A DNA stretch of 15,746 nucleotides from a virus (taxonomy: Duplodnaviria; Heunggongvirae; Uroviricota; Caudoviricetes), in the IMG/VR virus record IMGVR_UViG_3300048590_001376, one strand, 5' to 3'. Positions 1-7,484 of the stretch are shown here, one piece after another. Within the stretch, counting starts at the first letter, position 1; each line of letters begins with the position of its first letter. The notes under the pieces were generated by a model, which saw only the letters and a list, made by a program, of their open reading frames with translations, was not told where the DNA came from and did no database searches. Position numbers and translations under genes: made by a program.

Positions 1-368
1 CCATTGCGGCCAGGAATCGCGTTCGCGGCGGCGGCGTTGGTGCCAGACCCGGCGTCGTCGTCGACCACTTCCCAGCCAGGGCTGTTGGCGGCCTGCTTGG
101 TGATCCGCACCAGTTCCGCGAACCGCTCGACCAGGACCGATTTCTCGGCCTTGCGGCCTTGCGGCTTGAATGACATCGACACGCGGTAGGCGTAACCGCT
201 GCCATTGATGGCGATCGGCTCCGGCGTTCGCTTGTGGCCGCTCGGTATCCATTGGCGACCGCGACGGCCAGCCATGGCGCGGCTGACGATGCGGTCGATC
301 TGCTTGCGAACGGCGTCCGGGCGAAGTTGACGGGCGGAATGCTTTTGCAGAGTGAGGCTGTAAGCCAT
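1..368 (-). CDS. Hypothetical protein, 3'-truncated by the window edge (MAYSLTLQKHSARQLRPDAVRKQIDRIVSRAM...)
   Basis: Read manually: ATG at 368 preceded by AAGGGA, and the frame stays open for 122 codons to position 1. It is missing from the ORF track because no stop falls inside the window. Confidence 0.75.
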   Translation of the reverse strand, partial: MAYSLTLQKHSARQLRPDAVRKQIDRIVSRAMAGRRGRQWIPSGHKRTPEPIAINGSGYAYRVSMSFKPQGRKAEKSVLVERFAELVRITKQAANSPGWEVVDDDAGSGTNAAAANAIPGRN

Positions 369-419
369 TGCGTGAATTCCCTTGAACTAGGGTTTGAGGA
401 AAGATGGTGCCAGCCCGGC

Positions 420-800
420 TTAATTGAGCCAGAACAAAATGGCATCGCGAAACTGGCCAGCGGTCTGCTGGCGAATCTCGGCAGACAGATGCGTGCGGCG
501 CCCAATCTCGGCAACGACAGCTTGGACTGTGGTGATCGCTGCGGCCGTGGTGATCGGATCGAGCGTCAACCATGGCTGGCGAGCGGTGACGGAATACTTG
601 CATCGCGGCCCATAGATCAGGGCCAGATGTTCGATGGCCACCCGGCGAAGCTCGCGAAGCGACAGCTTGCGATAGTCGACCTGGGCGGGCATCGGCTTGA
701 CGGTGCGCTTGAGAGCTTTGACGTAGCGGCCGGCGAGTTTCTTGCGAATCTCGGCCTGCACGTCGTTGACGGATAGGTGGTTGTGGTTGAGACGTTTCAC
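420..800 (-). CDS. Hypothetical basic protein (126 aa)
   Basis: GTG start overlaps the stop of the upstream gene (GTGA, 797-800), same orientation as neighbours. No recognisable family. Confidence 0.7.
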   Translation of the reverse strand: MKRLNHNHLSVNDVQAEIRKKLAGRYVKALKRTVKPMPAQVDYRKLSLRELRRVAIEHLALIYGPRCKYSVTARQPWLTLDPITTAAAITTVQAVVAEIGRRTHLSAEIRQQTAGQFRDAILFWLN

Positions 801-1030
801 TTCGCCAGCTCCATTTTTACTTGCTTGACCGAAGAGGCAGTTCGCAAATCGTCAAGCAGATTCGATGCGTTAATCCAATCGCCATAGACCACAAACGAGT
901 GGCCCATCCGATCAACCCATCGAACGGCATACGTTGGATTCAGTGCATCGCGGTACGGCTTGCATTGACGATCGCCACGGGCCTTGGCAGTGATGCGGCG
1001 GCCGGCGCGAATAGTGGTACTTTTCTTCAT
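797..1030 (-). CDS. Hypothetical small basic protein (77 aa)
   Basis: SD-like AAGGGAG before the ATG at 1030; translationally coupled to the next gene. Confidence 0.7.
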   Translation of the reverse strand: MKKSTTIRAGRRITAKARGDRQCKPYRDALNPTYAVRWVDRMGHSFVVYGDWINASNLLDDLRTASSVKQVKMELAK

Positions 1031-1044
1031 TTCGTTCTCCCTTG

Positions 1045-1995
1045 CTTAATGAAAAGGATGCGAGGTTGTTCAACCACGCGGCCCGGTGCCAGGTGGGTGA
1101 ACACTCTCGCATCTACTTGGAAGGTAGATGCGTAGGTGGTCGATTTGATCTGTGGTGTTGCACTTCGGTCCCGTCGTTTATCCCCTGCTAGTTCTGGCTC
1201 TCTTTCCCAGAGAGCATCGGGGAACGTCATTCACGACTGGTGCCGCATTCCTACCGCCATGGTTCCCATGGCTAGCAACGCTGGAAGCACTACTCGGCAG
1301 CCCGGTGTTTTTAATGCTCGGTGGCATTCATTTATGGATGGGCTCGGCTTTCGTGCGGACATGGCGACTGGCGCCGTTCAGTCCGTTGCGAAGGATCGAT
1401 TGATCCGTTTGGGTTTGTGCTATCGGCATCGCAGAGGCGAGAGGGAGATTCGCCCGGTGCCAAGTGTGCGGCTTGGCGTTGGGCTCTTGCATTCTCGCGG
1501 GCGGCTTCGACTGACTCTTTCCCCGTAGGTACTCGTGCGACATGCGGCTGGTGCGATGCTACAGATTCGACTTTTGTTTGGCGTCACTTCCACGACGCTA
1601 TTGTCTGGCGATCACTACTCGCCAGCTTTCGCCCTTCGTTTTTGCTCATCGGCTAGGTCGCGCCGACTGGGGGCTACTCGCAAGTCCCGCCCGTTCTGCT
1701 GCTCGTTTCGCTCGCAATCAGTGATTCCAAGATCAGGGTAAGGCGATGATTCGCCAGAGACGCAATTCTCAGCTCGGGTTGATGCACATCAGCCCGGCCC
1801 CCCTGCTCGGTTTTGATTAACTAAGACGCGCTGGCAATCGCCCAGAACGGTGAGACTGACGGGCTGTTCGGGTGAACGTACTGGAAAGACTAGGTAAAGA
1901 CCAGGAACCCATCGGCCCCATGATCGTTCTGGACTGGGGCAGGTAATGGCCATAAGGAAATTTGGCCAAAGGGAAGTTAGATTGTCAAAGAACTG
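1045..1995 (-). ncRNA. Candidate large structured non-coding RNA or very long structured leader (boundaries approximate)
   Basis: No credible ORF, and at least 10 hairpins visible by eye (1108-1132, 1198-1214, 1256-1272, 1452-1484, 1581-1598, 1605-1625, 1649-1666, 1742-1755, 1775-1796, 1915-1940). AGUA/GAA loop-E-like motifs and a cUACGg tetraloop are present. It lies directly downstream of a predicted promoter. Confidence 0.5.
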
Positions 1996-2015
1996 ACTAA
2001 ACTATAGTTTAGTCA
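1994..2015. promoter_or_regulatory. Perfect 22-bp palindrome TGACTAAACTATAGTTTAGTCA, putative repressor operator
   Basis: Perfect inverted symmetry. The core TAAACTATAGTTTA recurs with one central difference at 15480-15493. Confidence 0.75.
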
Positions 2016-2029
2016 TCGACCAAAAACAA
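2001..2029 (-). promoter_or_regulatory. Putative sigma70 promoter TTGTTT-N17-TATAGT, leftward
   Basis: On the minus strand, -35 TTGTTT (2024-2029), a 17-nt spacer and -10 TATAGT (2001-2006). The -10 lies in the centre of the palindrome. Confidence 0.6.
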
Positions 2030-2147
2030 GCCCTGATTGAATATTTTAAGTCGTTGCCACATAAGGGTTTATGGCCTGATTTTTGGGCCTGAAAGCGGCT
2101 TTTCTGGCCAATTTCGACGCGGCCAGCGTTTTTGTGGTATCTGTACA

Positions 2148-2846
2148 CTACCTTTTCTGGTTCGCCTGTCCACTAATCAACCCCTTCAATCTCTCTGCCA
2201 CCCTGCGCGCCTCGGCGCTCGACGCCCCGCCATGAATCGAAGCCTGGAGCCAGTGGACCAGTCGCGCGGGATCGCTGATCGTCGCCCATCGCCAGAGTCG
2301 CAGGCCGGCGGGAATGACCGATGGCCGCAGTGCGCGGACCCAGCGAGCCAGAGCATCGGGCTCGGCTGGTGGCCCGGCGCCAGGCAGCTCGAAGCACTCG
2401 GCGGCCGGCGGTGCTGGGATCGGATAGTAGGTGAGGCAGGTAACGACGGGCGCAAATTTGGTCGGCTGGCGACTGCGATAAAACCGCCGGCCGCCGCACC
2501 AGTAGCACGGCACGGTGCCAACTGGGGCTCGCTTGGCGCTAGGATCCGGCGGAACCGGCAGTGATTCGAACCACTCGTTGAGGTCGTCGACGCGCGGGAT
2601 CGGTTGCTGCCAACCATCGGGCGTGGCGATCAGCAGCCGACGAACCATGGCCTGGGACTTCGGCGGCTGGCAGGCGAGGCAGGCGACGTGGCGGTAGGCG
2701 TCCTGCCAGAACTCAAATGCTCCGCAGGTGGGGCATGGTGCTGCCGCGTCTTCGGGGGCGAGTACGGCGGTGCCAGCGGGTGCGGTCAGTGTTTCGCCGA
2801 GCGCCGCACGCTTGGCTCGCATTTTTTCGAGGAGATCGAGGGGCAT
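2148..2846 (-). CDS. Hypothetical protein with two Zn-ribbon-like repeats (232 aa)
   Basis: CPTCGAFEFWQDAYRHVACLACQPP and CYWCGGRRFYRSRQPTKFAPVVTCLTYYP, joined by Pro-rich linkers. Confidence 0.75.
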   Translation of the reverse strand: MPLDLLEKMRAKRAALGETLTAPAGTAVLAPEDAAAPCPTCGAFEFWQDAYRHVACLACQPPKSQAMVRRLLIATPDGWQQPIPRVDDLNEWFESLPVPPDPSAKRAPVGTVPCYWCGGRRFYRSRQPTKFAPVVTCLTYYPIPAPPAAECFELPGAGPPAEPDALARWVRALRPSVIPAGLRLWRWATISDPARLVHWLQASIHGGASSAEARRVAERLKGLISGQANQKR

Positions 2847-2943
2847 GGCAGATGACTCGCGACGATTGAAATAAATTGACGTTTATATGTTCGGCCTGAA
2901 TTTAGGTCCGGCGACTCACGATCTGGCCGATGAAGCAGTACAG

Positions 2944-3291
2944 GGAACACTCTGGCGCACAGGCGGCGCACACTTAGCCGTAATTCAACCAGTTTGTGGT
3001 AAAGAGCTTACGTAATACTGTTCCGTCTGTGCGCTCCACGACGCAAAAAACAGAGACGCATGGGAAAGAAATTGAAGAATTAAATAAATTGAGGAATTCA
3101 TCCGTCTGAATTTTTGAATTTATGAATTTGTTATTTTTTCGCCGTATGGGGGTGCTAAGTGTATAGGACAGACGGTACAGTGACGTAAGTAGTAGTAGTA
3201 GTAGTAGTAGATTACTAACTAACTAACTACTACTACTATACTTATTCATTACTCAGTGTTTTGACTTAAGGCCGTTCCATCACTGTGCGCC
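2944..3291. other. Putative replication origin region (AT-rich, iteron-like repeats)
   Basis: Sits just downstream of the helicase-like gene. It contains CTGTGCGC-like motifs x4 in both orientations, CCGTCTG x3, tandem TGAATTTN x3 (3107-3130), an AT-rich core and an (AGT)n/(ACT)n inverted microsatellite. Confidence 0.5.
3188..3238. repeat. Inverted simple repeat (AGT)7AG-ATT-(ACTA)3(ACT)4
   Basis: Read directly from 3188-3237. The two halves are partly reverse-complementary. Confidence 0.9.
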
Positions 3292-5087
3292 GATGTGTTA
3301 TTACAGTACACCTCAGCACCGATGAATTCATCATCTAGGTAAGGTAGGCTGACTGATATGCAATAGGAAACCTGCCCGCCAACTCGCCGCCGTGCCGTGG
3401 TTGCGCTGGGAAGCCGTTTAAGGATCTGGTCGATGCTCTTGGCTCCCCAGGCCGTATTCTTCAGTTGGTGGTCTGTGACGGCCTTGTACGCAAGAATTAG
3501 GGCCGCTTTGCCGTCGACCTTGATGCCTGATTTCGCCAGGGCTTGCTCTGCCTCGTCTCGATCGGCCGAATACTCCCCCTTGCGAACGGTTTCGATAAGC
3601 TGGGATACTGAGTAAGCTTTGCGGCCGGTGTGAATATGGGATGATAGGATAGCCCGCATAAGCTCTTTTTCGTCCTCGGATTCAGTCGCCTCGGATTCGA
3701 CCTGGATGTCACGCACCATTTCCATGAGAACTTGCCTGGCGTCGTCCGTATCGGCGTGCTGGACGGCTGCCAGCATGGAAGCAGGCACGGCGTAGCTCTC
3801 GATCGCCCGGTCACTAACGCCGGCCACGCGGACGTTCTTTAGCTGGGCGGCAATTCGCTTCGCCTGATGGATGTAGCGGATCGACACGGCCAGCATGCGG
3901 TGGCCAAAGTCATGCAGCTCATCCTGTGACGGCAGAACCAGCTTCCGCTCTTTCGGCCGGATCAGCTCCAGCATGATGAAGCGGTTGCGATCGGGCTCGC
4001 GACGCAAGTGCAGCTCCACGGCCGCCACCCAGACGATGTGATTCAGGCTGAATTCCTCGCCCTTCTGGTTGGCGGTGCCACGCAGCGTTTTGGCCCCGCG
4101 GCCGGACGTGCGGAGCATGTTCAGGATCTCTTCGCGATTGCGGCCAGCAGTGAGCCCATCGGCTTCGAACTCATCGCACAGGATGATCCGGTTGCTCGTT
4201 TTAATCACCTGCCGAATGCCGGCCGCCGAGCTTTGGGAGCTGTTGATGACGAGCTTGCCGTAGATGCCAGAGAGGAAACTGAATAGCGTCGTCTTGCCGG
4301 TGTTCGACGCACCAGTCAAAGCGACCTGCGGGCGCCAGGCCCATAACGACTGGACCCAGGTGGCCATTACGAGCCCCGCCATGACGAATGGGCTGGAAAC
4401 CTGATGCCGCCATGTCCACATGTCGAAATAGCTCTGTGCCCGGTACATCGTCTCGATGGCGAAATCTTTGTCGCACCGGGCCAGGTAGCCAGCAAGCCGT
4501 TCGAAGTCATACCAGGGCTCGGCCGTGAGCCCCAGATTTAAGATCTGGCCACGGCATCGCGGCTGATCGACGCGCTCCAGCTCCTGGGAGCCATTGAACT
4601 CAGCCGCCTCGCCGGCGCTTACGAGCACGACTGAGTTATGCTCGCGGCCTGTCTCGTCGATGCCGGCACAGCAACCCACTCCCGGCCGCGTGTAGCGGTC
4701 CAGGCGGCGCTCGTAAGAGCTGACCATGGCGATTGCCGACTTCACGTCGTTGACATCGACCAGCCCCGGTATGTCCTCCGTCTTGCGGCGGACGAGGCGG
4801 TCGCGAGCGGGCTCGCCGGCAATCATCAACAGCCGGTCGTAGCTGATTTTGTCGATGTCGCGTACTTCGTCCTCGCGGCGTCGGTGCCGCGACCAGAGCA
4901 CGACCCCGGAGTCGCCTACCTGTCCAAGCACGTCAATTTGCAGCATGTCGAGTATCTGCTTCTCTCGCGCGATCCCATCAGCCGACAGTGATTGCTCGGC
5001 TGTCGGCTGCGATGGGTCGGCGACTGGTGTTGGCGCGTAAGCCTCTGCTGCTTCGGCGAGTGCCAGCAAATCCTGATAGGTCCGCAT
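3249..5087 (-). CDS. P-loop NTPase, probable primase-associated replicative helicase (AAA+/SF3-like, 612 aa)
   Basis: Walker A WRPQVALTGASNTGKTT, SAAGIRQ motif, Walker B IILCDEFE, and position downstream of the primase. The start is set at ATG 5087 after GAAGGAACAAGG; the ORF track gives 5159. Confidence 0.75.
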   Translation of the reverse strand: MRTYQDLLALAEAAEAYAPTPVADPSQPTAEQSLSADGIAREKQILDMLQIDVLGQVGDSGVVLWSRHRRREDEVRDIDKISYDRLLMIAGEPARDRLVRRKTEDIPGLVDVNDVKSAIAMVSSYERRLDRYTRPGVGCCAGIDETGREHNSVVLVSAGEAAEFNGSQELERVDQPRCRGQILNLGLTAEPWYDFERLAGYLARCDKDFAIETMYRAQSYFDMWTWRHQVSSPFVMAGLVMATWVQSLWAWRPQVALTGASNTGKTTLFSFLSGIYGKLVINSSQSSAAGIRQVIKTSNRIILCDEFEADGLTAGRNREEILNMLRTSGRGAKTLRGTANQKGEEFSLNHIVWVAAVELHLRREPDRNRFIMLELIRPKERKLVLPSQDELHDFGHRMLAVSIRYIHQAKRIAAQLKNVRVAGVSDRAIESYAVPASMLAAVQHADTDDARQVLMEMVRDIQVESEATESEDEKELMRAILSSHIHTGRKAYSVSQLIETVRKGEYSADRDEAEQALAKSGIKVDGKAALILAYKAVTDHQLKNTAWGAKSIDQILKRLPSATTARRRVGGQVSYCISVSLPYLDDEFIGAEVYCNNTSAHSDGTALSQNTE

Positions 5088-5124
5088 CCTTGTTCCTTCA
5101 AGAAAACCTTGATGTGCTGGCGGG

Positions 5125-5328
5125 CTAAGAGCGACGCAGGGGCTTTTTGTTCTCCGCATGCAGAACGGTAACGGGATGATTGAATTGCACGCCTTCGAGC
5201 TTCGACCGCTCGGTCGGGTCGACGCAGCGCTTGAGCAGCCGCTTCTTTTTCCACCTTTTGCGGATCGCTTCGGCTCGCTCCAGCAACTCTTCTGGTGTGA
5301 AGCATCCTTGTGGTACTCCGTTCATCAC
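5125..5328 (-). CDS. Small basic hypothetical protein (67 aa, FTPEELLERAEAIRKRW)
   Basis: SD AGGAG before GTG/ATG; fills the gap between primase and helicase. Confidence 0.65.
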   Translation of the reverse strand: MMNGVPQGCFTPEELLERAEAIRKRWKKKRLLKRCVDPTERSKLEGVQFNHPVTVLHAENKKPLRRS

Positions 5329-5361
5329 ACTACTCCTCGCTAAGTTTCAGGAATTGCAGAC

Positions 5362-6408
5362 TCAGACGCCGTTAAAGAAGTCCCGAACATCCTTTCCTTT
5401 GCTCTTGGTGACTTCATAAGGCAGGGTCACGTTTCGCAACTCGGCGGCCACGCCATGCAGCGCGTACAGCCATTTCTTGGCCCCGGTCACACCGGCCTCG
5501 TCGGTGTCGTGAGCCACGAATACTTTGCGGCCGGCGAAGAAGCCGGCAACATGGGGCGGGATGTCGCCTGTCTCGCTGGATGCGTTACAGGTGACAAGGT
5601 GAGCGTCGCGCTGCTCGGCGGGAATCTTGCCGAACAGCGCGAGCATGTCGGTGGGGCCGGCTGTTTTCCAGATCAGCTCGATGCGCGGGTCATTGAGCAT
5701 CATCTGTGACAGCGCATGCGTGCCCATCATGGCTCCGAATGTCGGACCTACGGACAGCATTTTCGGCTGCTTGGCAGGACGATCGGGACCGGCGGGAATA
5801 TCGAAGTGCGTGCCAGAGATATTCCAGATGACCCAGGCGACCGGATCGGCGTCGAGTAATTGATGCCCAAAGGCCGGCAGCGCGACGACCTTGTAGCGGC
5901 CGATGTGCCGCTCTTTGGTTTTCCTGTCGCGGTAGCACGGCCAGCGAGCGACGCGACCGCCGTTGAGCTTGACCGCTTCCAGCGTGATGCCCGGCTTGTG
6001 CTTCTTGCACCACATTTCAGCCAGGACATCGTTACCAGAGTCCCATTGCTCGAACTCCAGCGCTTCGCGCGGGTCTTGAGGGCGCCGGCCGCGGCCGATT
6101 TCTACGCCGGCTTTTTCTGCGAAGTGCTTGCGGGCATCGACCCAATTGGACCACTGCCCGTTGCCGTAGCGGACGGCGAAGTCCCACAGAGACAGCGACT
6201 CGCCATTGCCTTTATCCCCATAGCGGCCCGTTTGCACGCTCACCCAGGCCGAGGCGGTCGATTCTTCGCGGCCCCTGGCGTAGCAGGCTGCGTAGCCATT
6301 GTCGCGCACGCGGCCGTCAAACTTGACGCCGAGTGCTTCGTATTCAACTATGATGTCGAGGCGCGACAGAATCTCATTGTTAATGTCCTCGAACTTTTTG
6401 CCGGACAT
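5362..6408 (-). CDS. DnaG-type (TOPRIM) primase-like protein with degenerate motifs (348 aa)
   Basis: N-terminus resembles the DnaG CHC2 zinc-binding domain (ILSRLDIIVEY...CYAR...SAWV...GRYGDKG...SLWDF). C-terminal TOPRIM features: AGPTDMLAL, FVAHDTDEAGVTGA, GKDVRDFF. SD AAGGAGG. Confidence 0.8.
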   Translation of the reverse strand: MSGKKFEDINNEILSRLDIIVEYEALGVKFDGRVRDNGYAACYARGREESTASAWVSVQTGRYGDKGNGESLSLWDFAVRYGNGQWSNWVDARKHFAEKAGVEIGRGRRPQDPREALEFEQWDSGNDVLAEMWCKKHKPGITLEAVKLNGGRVARWPCYRDRKTKERHIGRYKVVALPAFGHQLLDADPVAWVIWNISGTHFDIPAGPDRPAKQPKMLSVGPTFGAMMGTHALSQMMLNDPRIELIWKTAGPTDMLALFGKIPAEQRDAHLVTCNASSETGDIPPHVAGFFAGRKVFVAHDTDEAGVTGAKKWLYALHGVAAELRNVTLPYEVTKSKGKDVRDFFNGV

Positions 6409-6844
6409 GTTTCTCGCCCTCCTTGGGCTGGATGGCGGCGAGCACTGCCGCCAGCGACTTCTCCGCGCCGGTGGCGCGGGCGAATTCGCAGAGCCTGCTA
6501 TTCAGGACCGCAATCTCGCCCGACACGAGCGAGCTGCGGTATTTCTTGCGGACGATGCGGAACAAGCCTTCGCGATCCGCGATCGTATAAAAATCAGTGC
6601 CTCGCACGCGCTCGGCCAGCGGGTGATCCGACAGGTCGTCGTCGGCCCCTTGCTTGGCCGCTTCGGCAGTCTCACGCTGCTCGCGGCGGATGCGCTGCAC
6701 TTCCTCGTACAACAGTGGGTGATTGCTTTTCAGCAGCAAGCGGCCGTGCCCGTTTGCGCAGGCCAGGCCGCTCTCGGTGATCGAGTACAGTTCATTGCAC
6801 TGCGGGCAATGCGTCTCATGCTGCTGGCTCTTGGCCCGCGTCAT
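6380..6844 (-). CDS. Hypothetical protein with N-terminal Zn-ribbon (CPQC...CANGH), 154 aa
   Basis: SD GGAGG before ATG 6844 (MTRAKSQQ). It overlaps both neighbours. The ORF-track start at 6952 lies further inside the upstream gene. Confidence 0.7.
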   Translation of the reverse strand: MTRAKSQQHETHCPQCNELYSITESGLACANGHGRLLLKSNHPLLYEEVQRIRREQRETAEAAKQGADDDLSDHPLAERVRGTDFYTIADREGLFRIVRKKYRSSLVSGEIAVLNSRLCEFARATGAEKSLAAVLAAIQPKEGEKHVRQKVRGH

Positions 6845-7484
6845 TGGTGAATTCCTCCATGTGCTTGACGATCGTGACCGACTTGCCGCGGCCAACGCCT
6901 TCGAGCTGCACGAAATGACCGTTGTGCTGCTGGCGATAGGCTTCCAGTTCACCGAAGGTATTCAGGCCGTGCTTGCGAGCCAGCTTGGCGAGTCCTTCCG
7001 GCAGGAATTCGTCGACCTCGGCGTCGAGCACGTCGTCGCCGAAGCTGCTCAGGTCGACATTCGGCCGCTCCGTCGTGGTGCCAGTCGCAGTGGGGTCGTG
7101 GGCGATGATGCCGGCGGGAGTGGTCGTGCTGGTTGCTCCTGGCGGCACAGTCTGCTTGGCCTTGCGGGTCCGCTTTTTGGCGGCAGCCTTGGGCGGCGAC
7201 TTGCCGAGAATGCTTTCACGGACGGCCGCGGCCAACAGCCCGCGAGAGACTTCCAGTTCGACCTTGGCGTCGGCCAGCATTTTTTTCAGGTCTTTGGACT
7301 GGATGATCTTGGCTTCGATTTCCATGACCCGCTGCTCGTCCAGGCCGACCGTCTCGCGCAGTCGTCCGATTTCAGCCTCCAGCGACAGGTCTTTGACTGG
7401 CGACTCGGCAGCGGCCGACTCCTCGATCGCCTGGTTGTCACTGCCGTTGTCGCTCACACCCGCAGTTGAAATCCGCATCGTCAT
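6816..7484 (-). CDS. Coiled-coil + Thr/Pro/Lys linker + C-terminal HhH/RNAP alpha-CTD-like domain protein (222 aa)
   Basis: SD GAGGAG and ATGA overlap with the ERCC4 gene stop. C-terminus LPEGLAKLARKHGLNTFGELEAY...QLEGVGRGKSVTIVKHM has an HhH-type GVG hairpin. Confidence 0.75.
   Translation of the reverse strand: MTMRISTAGVSDNGSDNQAIEESAAAESPVKDLSLEAEIGRLRETVGLDEQRVMEIEAKIIQSKDLKKMLADAKVELEVSRGLLAAAVRESILGKSPPKAAAKKRTRKAKQTVPPGATSTTTPAGIIAHDPTATGTTTERPNVDLSSFGDDVLDAEVDEFLPEGLAKLARKHGLNTFGELEAYRQQHNGHFVQLEGVGRGKSVTIVKHMEEFTNDAGQEPAA

Noticed and set aside
1340-1390. Hammerhead ribozyme-like CUGA...GAAA
   Set aside because: The core reads CUGAACGG rather than CUGANGA, and the three stems could not be assembled.
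1027-1543. Minus-strand ORFs 1328-1543 (71 aa) and 1027-1230 (67 aa)
   Set aside because: They have no SD and no protein-like features, and they coincide with dense hairpins. They cannot be fully excluded without Ribo-seq.
1045-1995. CsrB/RsmZ-like sponge for the encoded CsrA
   Set aside because: A few GGA fall in hairpin loops (about 1206, 1264, 1590), but the regularly repeated ANGGA loops typical of CsrB are absent.
1045-1995. Group II intron, tRNA or CRISPR array
   Set aside because: No domain V consensus or intron-encoded RT, no T-loop/D-loop cloverleaf, and no regularly spaced direct repeats.
1982-2008. Rightward promoter TTGTCA...TATAGT across the operator
   Set aside because: The spacer is only 15 nt and there is no credible plus-strand gene downstream. 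A weak antisense promoter is not excluded.
6730-6819. ATGA-coupled 29-codon ORF starting at 6819
   Set aside because: It lies out of frame within the better-supported 6380-6844 gene, which has a strong SD and a Zn-ribbon.
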